This document shows positions 21,820 to 35,395 of a DNA stretch of 64,000 bases, in pieces. A program made the translations under genes and the position numbers. The DNA is taken from positions 1 to 64,000 of the forward strand of contig CDROCS010003917.1 of assembly GCA_977020255.1 (NCBI GenBank), read 5' to 3'. The notes under the pieces are model-generated. The model saw nothing but the letters and a program-made list of their open reading frames with translations. It ran no database searches and was not told where the DNA came from. This DNA is from Obrimoposthia wandeli (lineage: Eukaryota). The stretch's first letter is position 1. Every line of letters starts with the position of its first letter.

Positions 21820-24800
21820 ATGTCGCAATCATTTGTACATTTACGCACCCATACTGAATTTTCAGTAGTAGAAGGCCTTTGTCGCATTAAAGCTTTAGTT
21901 GGCGCAGCTAAAGATGGGGCTATGCCGGCAGTTGCGGTGACGGATCATATCAATCTGTTTGGCCTAGTTAAGTTTTATAAAGCAGCCACTAGTGCTGGCA
22001 TAAAGCCCATTTGCGGCGCAGATGTACTGGTTATTGATGATAATTTAAAAGACACTCCTTTTTATGTCACTTTATTGGCCCAAGACGCATCAGGTTATCG
22101 TAACTTGATGGAACTAATATCAAGAGGGTATGAACAAGGTCAGAACTTTATTTTAGATAAAGTAATAGTTAAAAAGAGTTGGTTGTTTGAAAAAACAGCC
22201 GGTTTAATTGCATTATCTGCAGCGTCAAAAGGGGAGTTAGGGCGCGCATTATTGACAGAAAACGACATGGCATCAGCCGTTCTTGAACAATGGATGACAG
22301 CCTTTCCCAATCGTTTCTATATTGAATTACATCGCACCGGGCGTAACGGCGAAAATGAGTTAGTGGCAAAAAGTGTCGAGCTTGCAACAGCAATGGGATG
22401 CCCTGTTGTTGCCACTAATGATGTTATGTTTGTCAAAGAAACTGACTTTGATGCACATGAAGCAAGAGTGTGTATTAACCAGTCACGAGTGTTAGAAGAT
22501 CCTAAAAGACCACGCAACTACAGCGAGCAGCAATACTTTAGAAGCAGCGAAGAAATGTGCGAACTGTTTTCTGATATTCCTTCTGCTATTGAAAATACCA
22601 TACAAATAGCTAAGCGCTGCAATATTGAGCTAGATTTAGGGACCTATTATTTACCTAAATATCCTATACCCGAAGGGATGACGATGGATGAGTTTTTCCG
22701 TGATGTCTCTGTAGATGGATTGGAAGAGCGTTTAGCAGTTATTTTAGATAAAAATGATCCAGAGTTTGATGCTAAACGACAAGCTTATTATGACCGACTA
22801 GAGTTCGAGCTAGATATTATCATCCAAATGGGTTTTCCTGGTTACTTTTTGATCGTGATGGATTTCATTAAGTGGGGCAAAGAAAATGATATTCCAGTTG
22901 GGCCTGGGCGCGGATCAGGAGCTGGATCACTAATTGCGTATGCGCAAAAAATAACCGACTTAGATCCGTTAGAATACGATTTACTATTTGAACGATTCTT
23001 AAACCCTGAACGTGTCTCAATGCCCGATTTTGATATCGATTTCTGTATGGATAATCGAGATCGAGTGATTGATTATGTAGCAGAAACCTACGGTAGAGAC
23101 GCTGTTTCCCAAATTGTAACTTTTGGTACTATGGCGGCAAAAGCAGTAGTGCGCGACGTAGCAAGGGTACAAGGAAAAGCGTTTGGATTAGCCGATAAGT
23201 TATCAAAACTGATTCCTTTTGAAGTGGGCATTACGCTATCAAAAGCGCTTGAGATAGAGCCTGCCTTAGCTGAATTTGTAAAAGGCAGTGAAGAAGCGCA
23301 AGAAATAATGGACATGGCGCTCAAGCTTGAAGGTACCGTTAGAGGGACTGGTAAGCACGCAGGCGGCGTGGTTATAGCTCCAACTAAGTTGACTGATTTC
23401 TCAGCTACTTTGTGTGATTCAGAGGGCCAAGGGCTTGTTACTCAGTTTGACAAAAATGACGTGGAAGAAGCTGGATTAGTAAAGTTTGACTTTCTCGGAT
23501 TACGCACCTTAACTATCATTGATTGGGCGCTTAAAACGATCAATGCTAAGCGTAAACAAGAAGGTGAAGAAGATTTAGATATAGCATTAATTGACTTACA
23601 GGATTCTGCCACTTTTGATATGTTGAAGTCAGCAGAAACCACTGCTGTGTTTCAGCTCGAGTCCAGCGGTATGAAGGATCTAGTTTCTAAGCTTTTGCCA
23701 AGTAGATTTGAAGATATCATCGCATTAGTTGCATTATTTAGACCAGGGCCTTTGCAGTCAGGGATGGTAGATGATTTTATCAACCGCAAACATGGCCGGG
23801 CTGAAATGGCGTGGCCTCATGCCGACTATCAATTAGAAAGCCTGCAGCCAGTACTCGAACCGACATATGGTATTATTCTCTACCAAGAGCAAGTAATGCA
23901 AATAGCACAGGTCATGGCGGGCTTTACGTTAGGCGGAGCAGATATGCTGCGCCGAGCTATGGGAAAGAAAAAGCCTGAAGAAATGGCCAAGCAAAGGACT
24001 AGCTTTCTTGCAGGGTGTGTCGCTAATAATATCGATGAAGGCTTATCAGGGAATATTTTTGATTTAGTAGAGAAGTTTGCGGGGTACGGTTTTAACAAAT
24101 CACACTCTGCAGCTTATGCATTAGTTTCATTTCAAACAGCATGGCTTAAAACCCATTATCCGGCACCTTTTATGGCAGCGGTAATGTCTGCCGATATGCA
24201 AACCACAGAAAAGGTCGTTGTTTTTGTGGAAGAATGCCGGCGTATGGGTATTGCGCCAGCCTTACCCAGCGTGCAAAACGGTGGTTATAAGTTTACAGTT
24301 GATGAGCAAGGTGTGATCATTTATGGCCTTGGGGCAATTAAAGGAGTCGGTGAAGGGCCGATAGAAGCGATAATAGCCGCGCGAAATGATGGTGCTGGAA
24401 AATTCGTTGATATGTATGAGTTTTGTGAAAGAGTGGGTGCTAAAAAACTCAATAAAAGAGTTTTGCAAGGATTGATTCGCTGTGGCGCAATGGATGAGTT
24501 AGGCCCTAGTCGCGCAGTAATGATGGCTTCAGTTTCTGATGCTTTAAGAGCGGCTGATCAATCAGCCCACAATGAAAGCTCTGGCATGTTTGATTTATTT
24601 GGTAGTGATGATCAAGAAAAAGCGCGCAACCCTTTTGAAGAAAATCTTAATGTACGTAATTGGACAGACAAAGAACGTTTAAATGGTGAACTCGAAACAT
24701 TGGGATTGTACCTTACAGGGCATCCAATCGATGAGTATGAGAAAGAACTTAAAAATTTTATCAGCAAGAAAATTAGCGAAGTGGCGCCGGCGCGAGGAAC

Positions 24801-25341
24801 AGTACAAAAGATAGCCGGCCTGATTGTCGATCAAAGAGTGATGAAAACTAAAAAAGGCGATAATCTATGCTTTATTACCCTAGATGATAGATCTGCACGC
24901 ATAGAAGTGACTTTGTTTGGTGATGTGTATGAGCAGTTTCGCGACATTATAAAAAAAGATACGGTGGTTGTCATGGAGGGTGAAATTTCAAATGATGATT
25001 ATTCGGGTGGGATTAAAGTACGTGCGAATCGTTTGATAAGTATCCCGCAAGCGCGTTCTCAATACGCACAATCAATTAAAGTGGTTTGTAGTGAAAAGGA
25101 TTTTAAGGGCAGAAAGTTGCAGGAGGTGCAAAAATTACTAACACCTTTTAAAGACCCGCAAGGATTACAATTAGCATTCGACTACCAAATGAGTGAAGCA
25201 CGAGGTGTACTTAATGCAGGTCAGCAATGGCGTGTAACGGCGAGCGATGAATTGTTAATCGCACTTAATGAACGATTTTCTGATAACAGTGTTACTGGTA
25301 ACCCTGTTAGTAAGAGTCCTGTTACGGTATGTTATTTATAA
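21820..25341 (+). CDS. dnaE: DNA polymerase III alpha subunit (no intein)
   Basis: PHP domain (HLRTHTEFS), GPGRGSGAGSL, ERVSMPDFDIDF, KFDFLGL, YGFNKSHSAAY, OB fold. Confidence 0.97.
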   Translation: MSQSFVHLRTHTEFSVVEGLCRIKALVGAAKDGAMPAVAVTDHINLFGLVKFYKAATSAGIKPICGADVLVIDDNLKDTPFYVTLLAQDASGYRNLMELISRGYEQGQNFILDKVIVKKSWLFEKTAGLIALSAASKGELGRALLTENDMASAVLEQWMTAFPNRFYIELHRTGRNGENELVAKSVELATAMGCPVVATNDVMFVKETDFDAHEARVCINQSRVLEDPKRPRNYSEQQYFRSSEEMCELFSDIPSAIENTIQIAKRCNIELDLGTYYLPKYPIPEGMTMDEFFRDVSVDGLEERLAVILDKNDPEFDAKRQAYYDRLEFELDIIIQMGFPGYFLIVMDFIKWGKENDIPVGPGRGSGAGSLIAYAQKITDLDPLEYDLLFERFLNPERVSMPDFDIDFCMDNRDRVIDYVAETYGRDAVSQIVTFGTMAAKAVVRDVARVQGKAFGLADKLSKLIPFEVGITLSKALEIEPALAEFVKGSEEAQEIMDMALKLEGTVRGTGKHAGGVVIAPTKLTDFSATLCDSEGQGLVTQFDKNDVEEAGLVKFDFLGLRTLTIIDWALKTINAKRKQEGEEDLDIALIDLQDSATFDMLKSAETTAVFQLESSGMKDLVSKLLPSRFEDIIALVALFRPGPLQSGMVDDFINRKHGRAEMAWPHADYQLESLQPVLEPTYGIILYQEQVMQIAQVMAGFTLGGADMLRRAMGKKKPEEMAKQRTSFLAGCVANNIDEGLSGNIFDLVEKFAGYGFNKSHSAAYALVSFQTAWLKTHYPAPFMAAVMSADMQTTEKVVVFVEECRRMGIAPALPSVQNGGYKFTVDEQGVIIYGLGAIKGVGEGPIEAIIAARNDGAGKFVDMYEFCERVGAKKLNKRVLQGLIRCGAMDELGPSRAVMMASVSDALRAADQSAHNESSGMFDLFGSDDQEKARNPFEENLNVRNWTDKERLNGELETLGLYLTGHPIDEYEKELKNFISKKISEVAPARGTVQKIAGLIVDQRVMKTKKGDNLCFITLDDRSARIEVTLFGDVYEQFRDIIKKDTVVVMEGEISNDDYSGGIKVRANRLISIPQARSQYAQSIKVVCSEKDFKGRKLQEVQKLLTPFKDPQGLQLAFDYQMSEARGVLNAGQQWRVTASDELLIALNERFSDNSVTGNPVSKSPVTVCYL

Positions 25342-25668
25342 AGGCATATAATTTGTACTTTAATGGTAATCAGGTTTATTTCATTGAGTCGTCTATTAGT
25401 AAGACATAGTTTTAATGAGTTTTGATGTCTCTTTATGATTAGCCAAAATTAAAGGTGATACTGACAGTAATGAACATATCATTTACGATGTAGTCCTAGC
25501 TATTAAGCCGTTTAACAAGTGATAAAAGCAGTAAAATAGTACAGGCGAACAGATAAATTTAAAAGTGGGTAGCATCTTTGCTTTGATTTTGCAGCTTAGA
25601 CTAGTTATCTGCGTAACAGAACGGTAAAATCAGCCGTTAATTGGACACTAAGAGCGGAATACAAGCAG

Positions 25669-26625
25669 ATGAACCCCAACTATTTAGAGTTTGAGCAACC
25701 GATTGCGAAACTAGAGACAAAAATTGATGAGTTAAGACTTGTTGGTGAGAATACCGAAATCAACATATCTGAAGAGCTTTTCAATCTTGAAGAAAAAAGT
25801 AAAGCTTTAACTAAGACGATTTTTAGTGATTTATCTGCTTGGCAAGTGCAACAAATAGCACGTCACCCGCAGCGTCCCTATACCATGGATTTCATTAGTT
25901 ATTTATTTGACGATTTTGAAGAAATACATGGTGATCGTCACTTTGCTGATGACGCGGCACTCGTTTGTGGTATGGCAAGGTTGGACGGCAGAAGCGTCGT
26001 TGTTATCGGTCACCAAAAAGGGCGTGATGTTAAAGAGAAGGTAAAGCGCAATTTTGGTATGCCTAGACCAGAAGGTTACCGTAAGGCATTGCGCGTCATG
26101 GAAATGGCTGAACGTTTTAAAATGCCAATTATTACCTTTATTGATACGCCAGGTGCATATCCAGGTATCGGTGCCGAGGAGCGTGGTCAAAGCGAAGCTA
26201 TTGCGTTTAATTTAGCAAAAATGTCACACTTGAAAACACCAATCATCTCTACTGTCATTGGAGAAGGTGGGTCTGGTGGAGCTCTTGCAATAGGGGTTTG
26301 CGATAAGTTGATGATGTTGCAATATTCCACTTATTCAGTTATTTCGCCAGAAGGTTGTGCGTCTATTCTTTGGAAGAGTGCCGATAAAGCATCGGAAGCA
26401 GCCAAAGTTATGGGTATTACATCTGAAAGATTATCGGAGTTAGGGTTAGTAGATCATGTTATTGCTGAGCCTTTAGGTGGTGCACATCGAGCGCCGCTAG
26501 AATTAGCAGCTTCATTGAAAACCCAATTGATTGAATCATTAGATACACTGTCTGCAATGTCAGTCGATGCACTTTTAGAGCACCGCTATGAAAGACTAAT
26601 GTCATACGGCTTAAACGGCGAATAA
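25669..26625 (+). CDS. accA: Acetyl-CoA carboxylase carboxyltransferase alpha
   Basis: [45 protein letters not shown]. Confidence 0.97.
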   Translation: MNPNYLEFEQPIAKLETKIDELRLVGENTEINISEELFNLEEKSKALTKTIFSDLSAWQVQQIARHPQRPYTMDFISYLFDDFEEIHGDRHFADDAALVCGMARLDGRSVVVIGHQKGRDVKEKVKRNFGMPRPEGYRKALRVMEMAERFKMPIITFIDTPGAYPGIGAEERGQSEAIAFNLAKMSHLKTPIISTVIGEGGSGGALAIGVCDKLMMLQYSTYSVISPEGCASILWKSADKASEAAKVMGITSERLSELGLVDHVIAEPLGGAHRAPLELAASLKTQLIESLDTLSAMSVDALLEHRYERLMSYGLNGE

Positions 26626-26637
26626 TATCTAACATCG

Positions 26638-27945
26638 ATGTCTATCACACAAAGCTTTTTAAAACAGTGTCAATCAGTTGAGTTTAGCAACGCTAATTCT
26701 CAGTCACAAAGGCAGGTAAAGCGTTGGGTGATAGCATTAAGTGGTGGGTTAGATTCAATGGTGACATTGGATTTAGCTAGCCAGTTACTTCCTCTACATA
26801 GCATTGTTGCTATACATGTGAATCATCAATTGCAAACTGCTGCGGATGATTGGCAGCAATTTTGTACTAGCCAATGTGCCCAACGAAACATCCCTTTATA
26901 TAGCTTTAAAATCTCTGTAAACGTTAGTAGCGAGAAGCAGCTAAGAGACGCTCGTTATCAGTGTTTTGAAGATTTTCTAGAATCGGGTGATTGTTTGTTG
27001 TTTGGTCATCATGCTAATGATCAAGCTGAAACGGTGTTATTCCGTTTAGTTAGAGGGGCAGGTACAAAAGGTTTGTCTGCGATACCGATACAACGTGACA
27101 TTGGTAAAGCTATGTTATTCCGGCCGCTATTACAGCTAGCTAGGCCAAGCCTTGAGCATTATGCTCATCAGCAGCAGCTCAGCTGGATTGAAGATCCCAG
27201 TAACCAAAGCATTGACTATGACCGTAATTTTATCCGTCACAAAATATTGTTCCCTCTTAAAGAACATTGGCCAAAAGCAAGTGAACAAATAGCTTTGTGC
27301 GCTGAAACACTGGCGATAGAACAGCAAATTTTGGCAAGTTATCTAGCCGATGATGTAGAGCAAATAAGCCAAGGTAATGTGCTTGATTTAGTAAAGTGGC
27401 GTGATTTTGAAAGAAACAAAGCAATAGCATTACTGCGTCACTGGTTGATGGAGACATGCGCAAGCCATGTTTCTAGAAATCAATTACAGCGTACGATACA
27501 AGATGTAATAGAAAGTCGAAGTGATAGCCGAGGTTATTGCAAAATCGGGGCTTATACCGTTAAACGTTTTAAACAACAGTTGTATGTTATCACAACAGAT
27601 CTTGTGATTGAGCCTTGGCCAATAATATCGTTACAGCAAGGGCTCTATAATCTTAACCAAGGATCACTTTCATTCAGCTATCACAATCGAGGTATTAGCT
27701 TTAAAACGGGTATGTACTTGCAAAGTAAAAGCGAAGGGATGAGTGTGGAGGTGGCTGGAAGGGGCCATAAAAAGCTTAAAAAACTATTTCAAGAGTATGC
27801 TATTGCTCCCTGGTTGCGAGAAAATTGGCCACTATTAATGTATGGAGAAGCCGTTGTGGCTGTGCCGGGAATATGCGTTTGTGAAGGCTGGTTGGAGCAA
27901 GGGCAAGAAAAATCATATTTAAGTATAGATTGGCATCCTTTGTGA
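26638..27945 (+). CDS. tilS: tRNA(Ile)-lysidine synthase
   Basis: ALSGGLDS, HVNHQL, RDARY, HHANDQAET, RPLL, DPSN..RNFIR, PPW-like APWLRE. Confidence 0.93.
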   Translation: MSITQSFLKQCQSVEFSNANSQSQRQVKRWVIALSGGLDSMVTLDLASQLLPLHSIVAIHVNHQLQTAADDWQQFCTSQCAQRNIPLYSFKISVNVSSEKQLRDARYQCFEDFLESGDCLLFGHHANDQAETVLFRLVRGAGTKGLSAIPIQRDIGKAMLFRPLLQLARPSLEHYAHQQQLSWIEDPSNQSIDYDRNFIRHKILFPLKEHWPKASEQIALCAETLAIEQQILASYLADDVEQISQGNVLDLVKWRDFERNKAIALLRHWLMETCASHVSRNQLQRTIQDVIESRSDSRGYCKIGAYTVKRFKQQLYVITTDLVIEPWPIISLQQGLYNLNQGSLSFSYHNRGISFKTGMYLQSKSEGMSVEVAGRGHKKLKKLFQEYAIAPWLRENWPLLMYGEAVVAVPGICVCEGWLEQGQEKSYLSIDWHPL

Positions 27946-27971
27946 TTGAGGATTTAAGCGCTTTTTGTTAA

Positions 27972-29669
<1,698 letters not shown>

Positions 29670-29686
29670 ATTTATCGAACTATCAC

Positions 29687-29704
29687 AGGGAGCTTTTGCT
29701 CCCT
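29687..29704 (+). terminator. GGGAGC/GCTCCC hairpin after pyrG
   Basis: AGGGAGC-TTTT-GCTCCCT; the U-tract is weak. Confidence 0.55.
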
Positions 29705-29978
29705 TAATTGCGTTCAGTAGGTAAAGAATTTTAGGCTATTAATGAAGTTTGTTTTAGGTCATGTCGAAACACATTAGATGGCACGAAGTTATTTTTAAAA
29801 AGAGTTCGGCCGCAAGTAAAGAATATATTAGGTTACCAAAGAGTTGCTACAAACAGGGTAAGGCTAAACATGTTGAAGTCAAACTTAATCAGATGCTTAA
29901 GATGACTGGAAAAAATTGTGAAAAGCAATAGTGAAATATTCAATATTTAGCAACAACAGGTTGCTATACCAGGAGTGA

Positions 29979-31274
<1,296 letters not shown>

Positions 31275-31360
31275 TTGAATAGAGTTTTCAATGATCTATA
31301 AAAATAGGGCGTTTATACTCCCGCAGAGTTGGAAGTACTATTGATTGTATGTAGGACTTA

Positions 31361-31392
31361 AGGGGAGCTAAAGCTCCCTCTTTCTTTGTTTT
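31361..31392 (+). terminator. Intrinsic terminator after eno
   Basis: GGGGAGCT-AA-AGCTCCCT stem followed by a T-rich tract. Confidence 0.7.
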
Positions 31393-31439
31393 ATTAATTA
31401 AAAACTTTACACTGTTTGATCTTGAATAACGGAAATTAA

Positions 31440-31724
31440 ATGTATCGATACTTACTGTTAGCACTGTTAATTCTGTTATCTGCCTTGCAGTATCGTATTT
31501 GGTTTGGTGAGGCAAATCGCTTTGAGTTAACAGCCTTGCGCAATGAGATTGAGCAAAAAAACATAGCTAATGACCAGTTACTATTACGTAATTATCAACT
31601 TGAAGCAGAGGTTAAAGATTTGCGTAAAGGTTTAGTTGCGATAGAAGAAAGAGCGAGAAGTGAATTGGGGATGGTTAAACCCGATGAAACTTTTTATCAG
31701 TTGATAATTGAATCAGATCAGTAA
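31440..31724 (+). CDS. ftsB: Cell division protein FtsB
   Basis: TM helix with LQYRIWFG, coiled coil, IEERARSELGMVKPDETFY. Confidence 0.93.
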   Translation: MYRYLLLALLILLSALQYRIWFGEANRFELTALRNEIEQKNIANDQLLLRNYQLEAEVKDLRKGLVAIEERARSELGMVKPDETFYQLIIESDQ

Positions 31725-31756
31725 GGCTATCTAAATGCCCAAGGTTACCGTTAAAT

Positions 31757-32806
31757 ATGAATAGCTACCCAACAGATTATCAATATCTCTATGGAAAACC
31801 TAATTGCAGTGCTGAAATCAGAGCATGTAATGCCGATTTTCAAGTGACAGAGCTTCCATCATTTACCTTAGATGGAGAAGGTGAGCACTGGTATATCAAA
31901 ATACTGAAAAGCGGTGAGAATAGCGATTGGGTAGCTAAACTACTCGCTCAATTTTTTAAAGTAAGCAGCAAGGAAATTGGCTACGCAGGTAAGAAAGATC
32001 GTCATGCAGTTACTGAACAGTGGTTCAGCGTTTGTTTGCCAGGTGTTAAAACTATCGATTTAAAAGGGTTTAATTCTGATACTGTGCAGGTTTTAGATAT
32101 CCAAAAGCATAGTAGGAAATTACGAACGGGTGCATTGAAAGGGAATAAGTTTAAAATTCGCCTAAAAAATGTCAGCGATGACGAGGAGCTTGCTAAGCGT
32201 TTAGCATTGATCTCTCAAGGCGTACCTAATTATTTTGGAGAGCAACGCTTTGGCTTTGGTGGTGCTAATATATCGCGTGGCATATCCTTGCTAAAAGAAG
32301 AGTTTAAAGAGCGTAATAGAAATAAAAAGGGACTATATATTTCTGCAGTGCGTTCTTGGTTCTTCAATCATTTATTATCTAAGCGAATTGAAGAGAAGCG
32401 CTGGTTAGAAATAGTTGCTGGTGATGTTGTCATGCTAGAGGGCAGTAAAAGTCATTTTTTAGTTGATGATATGGCTGCGATTAAGCAAAGAATGACAGAT
32501 TTAGATTTGCATTTAACAGGCCCTTTATGGGGGCGAGGTAGATCGATAGTAACAGAGCAAGCTGAAGCGTGGGAATTGAGTCATCTAGAAGAATATACTG
32601 CTATCACTGAACGGCTTGAGCATATGGGTTTAAGTCAAGAGCGCCGTTCTATCCGCTTATTAGCTAATAACTTAACCTCCGTTTGTGAAGAGTCAGGAAC
32701 CTGGTTACTATCTTTTGAATTACCACCAGGTGCATTTGCAACAAGCGTCTTACGAGAATTGTGTCAATATTCAAATGCAACTACTACCGATAGTGAAGCG
32801 TCATGA
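31757..32806 (+). CDS. truD: tRNA pseudouridine(13) synthase
   Basis: DFQVTE, GEGEH, YAGKKDRHAVTEQW, GNKF, VPNYFGEQRFG, LPPGAFAT. Confidence 0.95.
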   Translation: MNSYPTDYQYLYGKPNCSAEIRACNADFQVTELPSFTLDGEGEHWYIKILKSGENSDWVAKLLAQFFKVSSKEIGYAGKKDRHAVTEQWFSVCLPGVKTIDLKGFNSDTVQVLDIQKHSRKLRTGALKGNKFKIRLKNVSDDEELAKRLALISQGVPNYFGEQRFGFGGANISRGISLLKEEFKERNRNKKGLYISAVRSWFFNHLLSKRIEEKRWLEIVAGDVVMLEGSKSHFLVDDMAAIKQRMTDLDLHLTGPLWGRGRSIVTEQAEAWELSHLEEYTAITERLEHMGLSQERRSIRLLANNLTSVCEESGTWLLSFELPPGAFATSVLRELCQYSNATTTDSEAS

Positions 32807-33552
32807 TTAAGATATTAGTTTCAAATGATGATGGTGTGAAATCGCTGGGTATAAAAGCTTTAGCTGAAACGTTGAAAACAATTGCTCAAGTGCAAGTCAT
32901 CGCGCCGAATAGAGATAGATCAGCTGCAAGCAATGCACTAACGTTAGATCGTCCATTGCGTTCGTATGTACATAATAATGGTTATATTAGCTTAGATGCT
33001 ACACCAGCAGACTGTGTTAATTTGGGGGTCGCAGGTACTTTTGATTTCACACCGCAAGTGGTCGTTTCAGGAATCAATGCAGGTGCTAATTTAGGAGATG
33101 ATGTTCTTTATTCAGGAACCGTTGCGGCGGCAATGGAGGGTCGAACGCTGGGTTTACCGGGCATAGCTGTCTCATTGGCTAATGCACACCCTAAGCACTA
33201 TGAAAGTGCAGCTGCTATCGTTAAAGACTTAGTGCTTAAACTTAAGGGTTTGAAGGTTGCTCCGCGCACCGTTTTAAATGTAAATGTCCCTGATTTACCA
33301 TTAAACAAAATTCAAGGTATTCACGTCACTAGATTGGGCCATAGAGCGGTATCACAGTCACCTATTGAATGTGTAGATCCTAGGGGTGATTTGCTGCACT
33401 GGGTTGCCGGTGTTGGTAGTGCCATAGATAATGGCCCGGGAACAGATTTTTATGCAATAGACAATGGTTATGTCTCTATTACTCCAGTGCATTTTGATAT
33501 GACAAACTACACCGCTATGGATAATGTTGAAAATTGGTTGGAGGAAACTTAG
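32803..33552 (+). CDS. surE: 5'/3'-nucleotidase SurE
   Basis: [38 protein letters not shown]. Confidence 0.96.
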   Translation: MIKILVSNDDGVKSLGIKALAETLKTIAQVQVIAPNRDRSAASNALTLDRPLRSYVHNNGYISLDATPADCVNLGVAGTFDFTPQVVVSGINAGANLGDDVLYSGTVAAAMEGRTLGLPGIAVSLANAHPKHYESAAAIVKDLVLKLKGLKVAPRTVLNVNVPDLPLNKIQGIHVTRLGHRAVSQSPIECVDPRGDLLHWVAGVGSAIDNGPGTDFYAIDNGYVSITPVHFDMTNYTAMDNVENWLEET

Positions 33553-34223
33553 TGGCTGAGCAATTTAACCTGCAAGGTAGTGGCATGACATCGCAGCGAG
33601 CCAGAGATAGATTGGTAAACAATCTAAAAGAGAAGGGAATTGAAAACGTTAATGTGTTAAATGCGATTAAAAACACACCACGACATATATTTATAGATGA
33701 AGCTTTAGCTCACGGGGCATATGAAAATAACGCCTTACCAATAGGTTACAATCAGACAATATCTCAGCCTTATATCGTCGCTAAGATGACAGAGCTTTTA
33801 TTAGCCAAAAAGCCGTTACACAAAGTGTTAGAAGTCGGCACTGGTTCTGGTTATCAAACGGCTATTTTGTCGCAGCTAGTGGATAAAGTGCATTCAATAG
33901 AACGTATTAAACCTTTGCAAGAAAGGGCGGCAATACGATTGCAGGCACTGAATATTAGTAATGTAGATTTGCAACACACTGATGGTTGCATGGGTCTAGA
34001 GAAATATGCACCGTACGATGCAATACTCGTCACAGCTGCGCCGGATGAAGTGCCACCTGAATTGCTGGAACAATTAGCTATTAATGGCATTATGGTCATT
34101 CCTGTTGGTGGTAACCAAAACCAACAGCTGAAATTAATTGAAAAAAAATCCGCCGGTAATTTTTCTGTGAAAATAGTAGAATCAGTCAATTTTGTGCCAT
34201 TACTGGCTGGTGTTATCAATTAA
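33552..34223 (+). CDS. pcm: Protein-L-isoaspartate O-methyltransferase
   Basis: [48 protein letters not shown] start at 33552 overlaps the surE stop. Confidence 0.95.
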   Translation: MAEQFNLQGSGMTSQRARDRLVNNLKEKGIENVNVLNAIKNTPRHIFIDEALAHGAYENNALPIGYNQTISQPYIVAKMTELLLAKKPLHKVLEVGTGSGYQTAILSQLVDKVHSIERIKPLQERAAIRLQALNISNVDLQHTDGCMGLEKYAPYDAILVTAAPDEVPPELLEQLAINGIMVIPVGGNQNQQLKLIEKKSAGNFSVKIVESVNFVPLLAGVIN

Positions 34224-34278
34224 ATTCATTCAAAACCATATTATACTTAATAGCACGTTAATAGACGTAGAGGTTAAT

Positions 34279-35205
34279 TTGCAGCGATCGAGAAAAGATT
34301 TAATTAGTTTGTTTTCCAAAGGATGCATGATGGGAGCTGCGGACGCAGTACCTGGTGTTTCCGGTGGCACTATTGCTTTTATAACGGGTATTTACCAAGA
34401 GCTTATTCTGTCTCTTAGCCGTCTGGGCCCAAAAGTGCTGCAGATATTATACAAGCAAGGGTTCTCACAAGCTTGGTTATACGTCAATGGAAACTTCCTC
34501 GTTGTTCTATTGCTGGGGATGCTAACCAGTATTTTATTACTATCAAACATAGTATTGTTTTTATTACAAAATCAGCCTGAAATGTTGTGGGGATTTTTCT
34601 TCGGTTTGATTTGTGTTTCAACAGTACTTCTAGCTAAAACTATTACCCGCTGGGATGTGTTTAGTGTCTTGTTCTTTATACTAGGTACCTTTAGTTCTTA
34701 TATGCTGACGACATTAGGAGCATCGGTTTTAGAGGTATCAAATACCAATATTTTTTTTGCTGGTATGCTAGCAATTTGTGCCATGATATTACCGGGGATC
34801 TCCGGGTCATTTATACTACTATTGCTAGGTTTATATAGTCATATTTTAGGCTCAATAAAGAGTTTAGATATAGTGACACTAGCGATCTTTGCGGGTGGTT
34901 GTATTAGTGGGCTACTATGTTTTTCTAAGGTACTTAACTGGTTGTTTAGTTGCCATAAAAATACTACCGTTGCATTGTTAACAGGTTTCTTATGCGGATC
35001 ATTGAATAAAGTATGGCCATGGAAAGAAACTTTAACAACAAGAATTAACAGTCATGGTTTGCAGGTTGCGGACTTACAACAAAATGTATCACCGTTTAAC
35101 TATCAACAAGTCACAGGTGGTGAGCCTCAATTATTGATGGTGTGTATATTAGCGTTACTAGCTGTAGTTTTAGTCTTCTCTCTTGAAAAGATGAATAAAG
35201 TATAA
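34279..35205 (+). CDS. DUF368 family membrane protein (undecaprenyl-phosphate translocase family)
   Basis: KGCMMGAADAVPGVSGGTIAFITGIY and MILPGISGSFILLLLGLY repeats. Start set at TTG 34279 after an AGAGGT RBS. Confidence 0.9.
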   Translation: MQRSRKDLISLFSKGCMMGAADAVPGVSGGTIAFITGIYQELILSLSRLGPKVLQILYKQGFSQAWLYVNGNFLVVLLLGMLTSILLLSNIVLFLLQNQPEMLWGFFFGLICVSTVLLAKTITRWDVFSVLFFILGTFSSYMLTTLGASVLEVSNTNIFFAGMLAICAMILPGISGSFILLLLGLYSHILGSIKSLDIVTLAIFAGGCISGLLCFSKVLNWLFSCHKNTTVALLTGFLCGSLNKVWPWKETLTTRINSHGLQVADLQQNVSPFNYQQVTGGEPQLLMVCILALLAVVLVFSLEKMNKV

Positions 35206-35283
35206 TTATATTCTATAAAATAACAGAAATGCCTATTGAGTTTAATAGAGATGAATTAGGCGGAGCCTAAATCATCAAGGGTC

Positions 35284-35395
35284 TAATTCCCCGCCCTTTA
35301 GGGCGTGAACTTGTTAGCACCAATAGTCACTAGAAATACCCCGCTTCACGAAGTGAAGTCGAGCCTAAGCGAGAGGGCTTGCCCCGGGGATCATT
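35284..35395. mobile_element. Candidate non-autonomous IS200/IS605-end-like palindromic element (PATE/MITE-like), no transposase
   Basis: GC-rich island in an AT-rich spacer. It has CGCCC-TTTA-GGGCG at 35292-35305 and an outer CCCCG/CGGGG stem (35339-35343 / 35385-35389) enclosing nested hairpins. The reverse complement reads CCCCGGGGCAAGC..CGGGGTAT, resembling IS200/IS605 subterminal hairpins as I recall them; not verified by search. Confidence 0.5.

Noticed and set aside
21820-25341. Intein in dnaE
   Set aside because: The length is normal for DnaE, with no insertion or splice-junction motifs.
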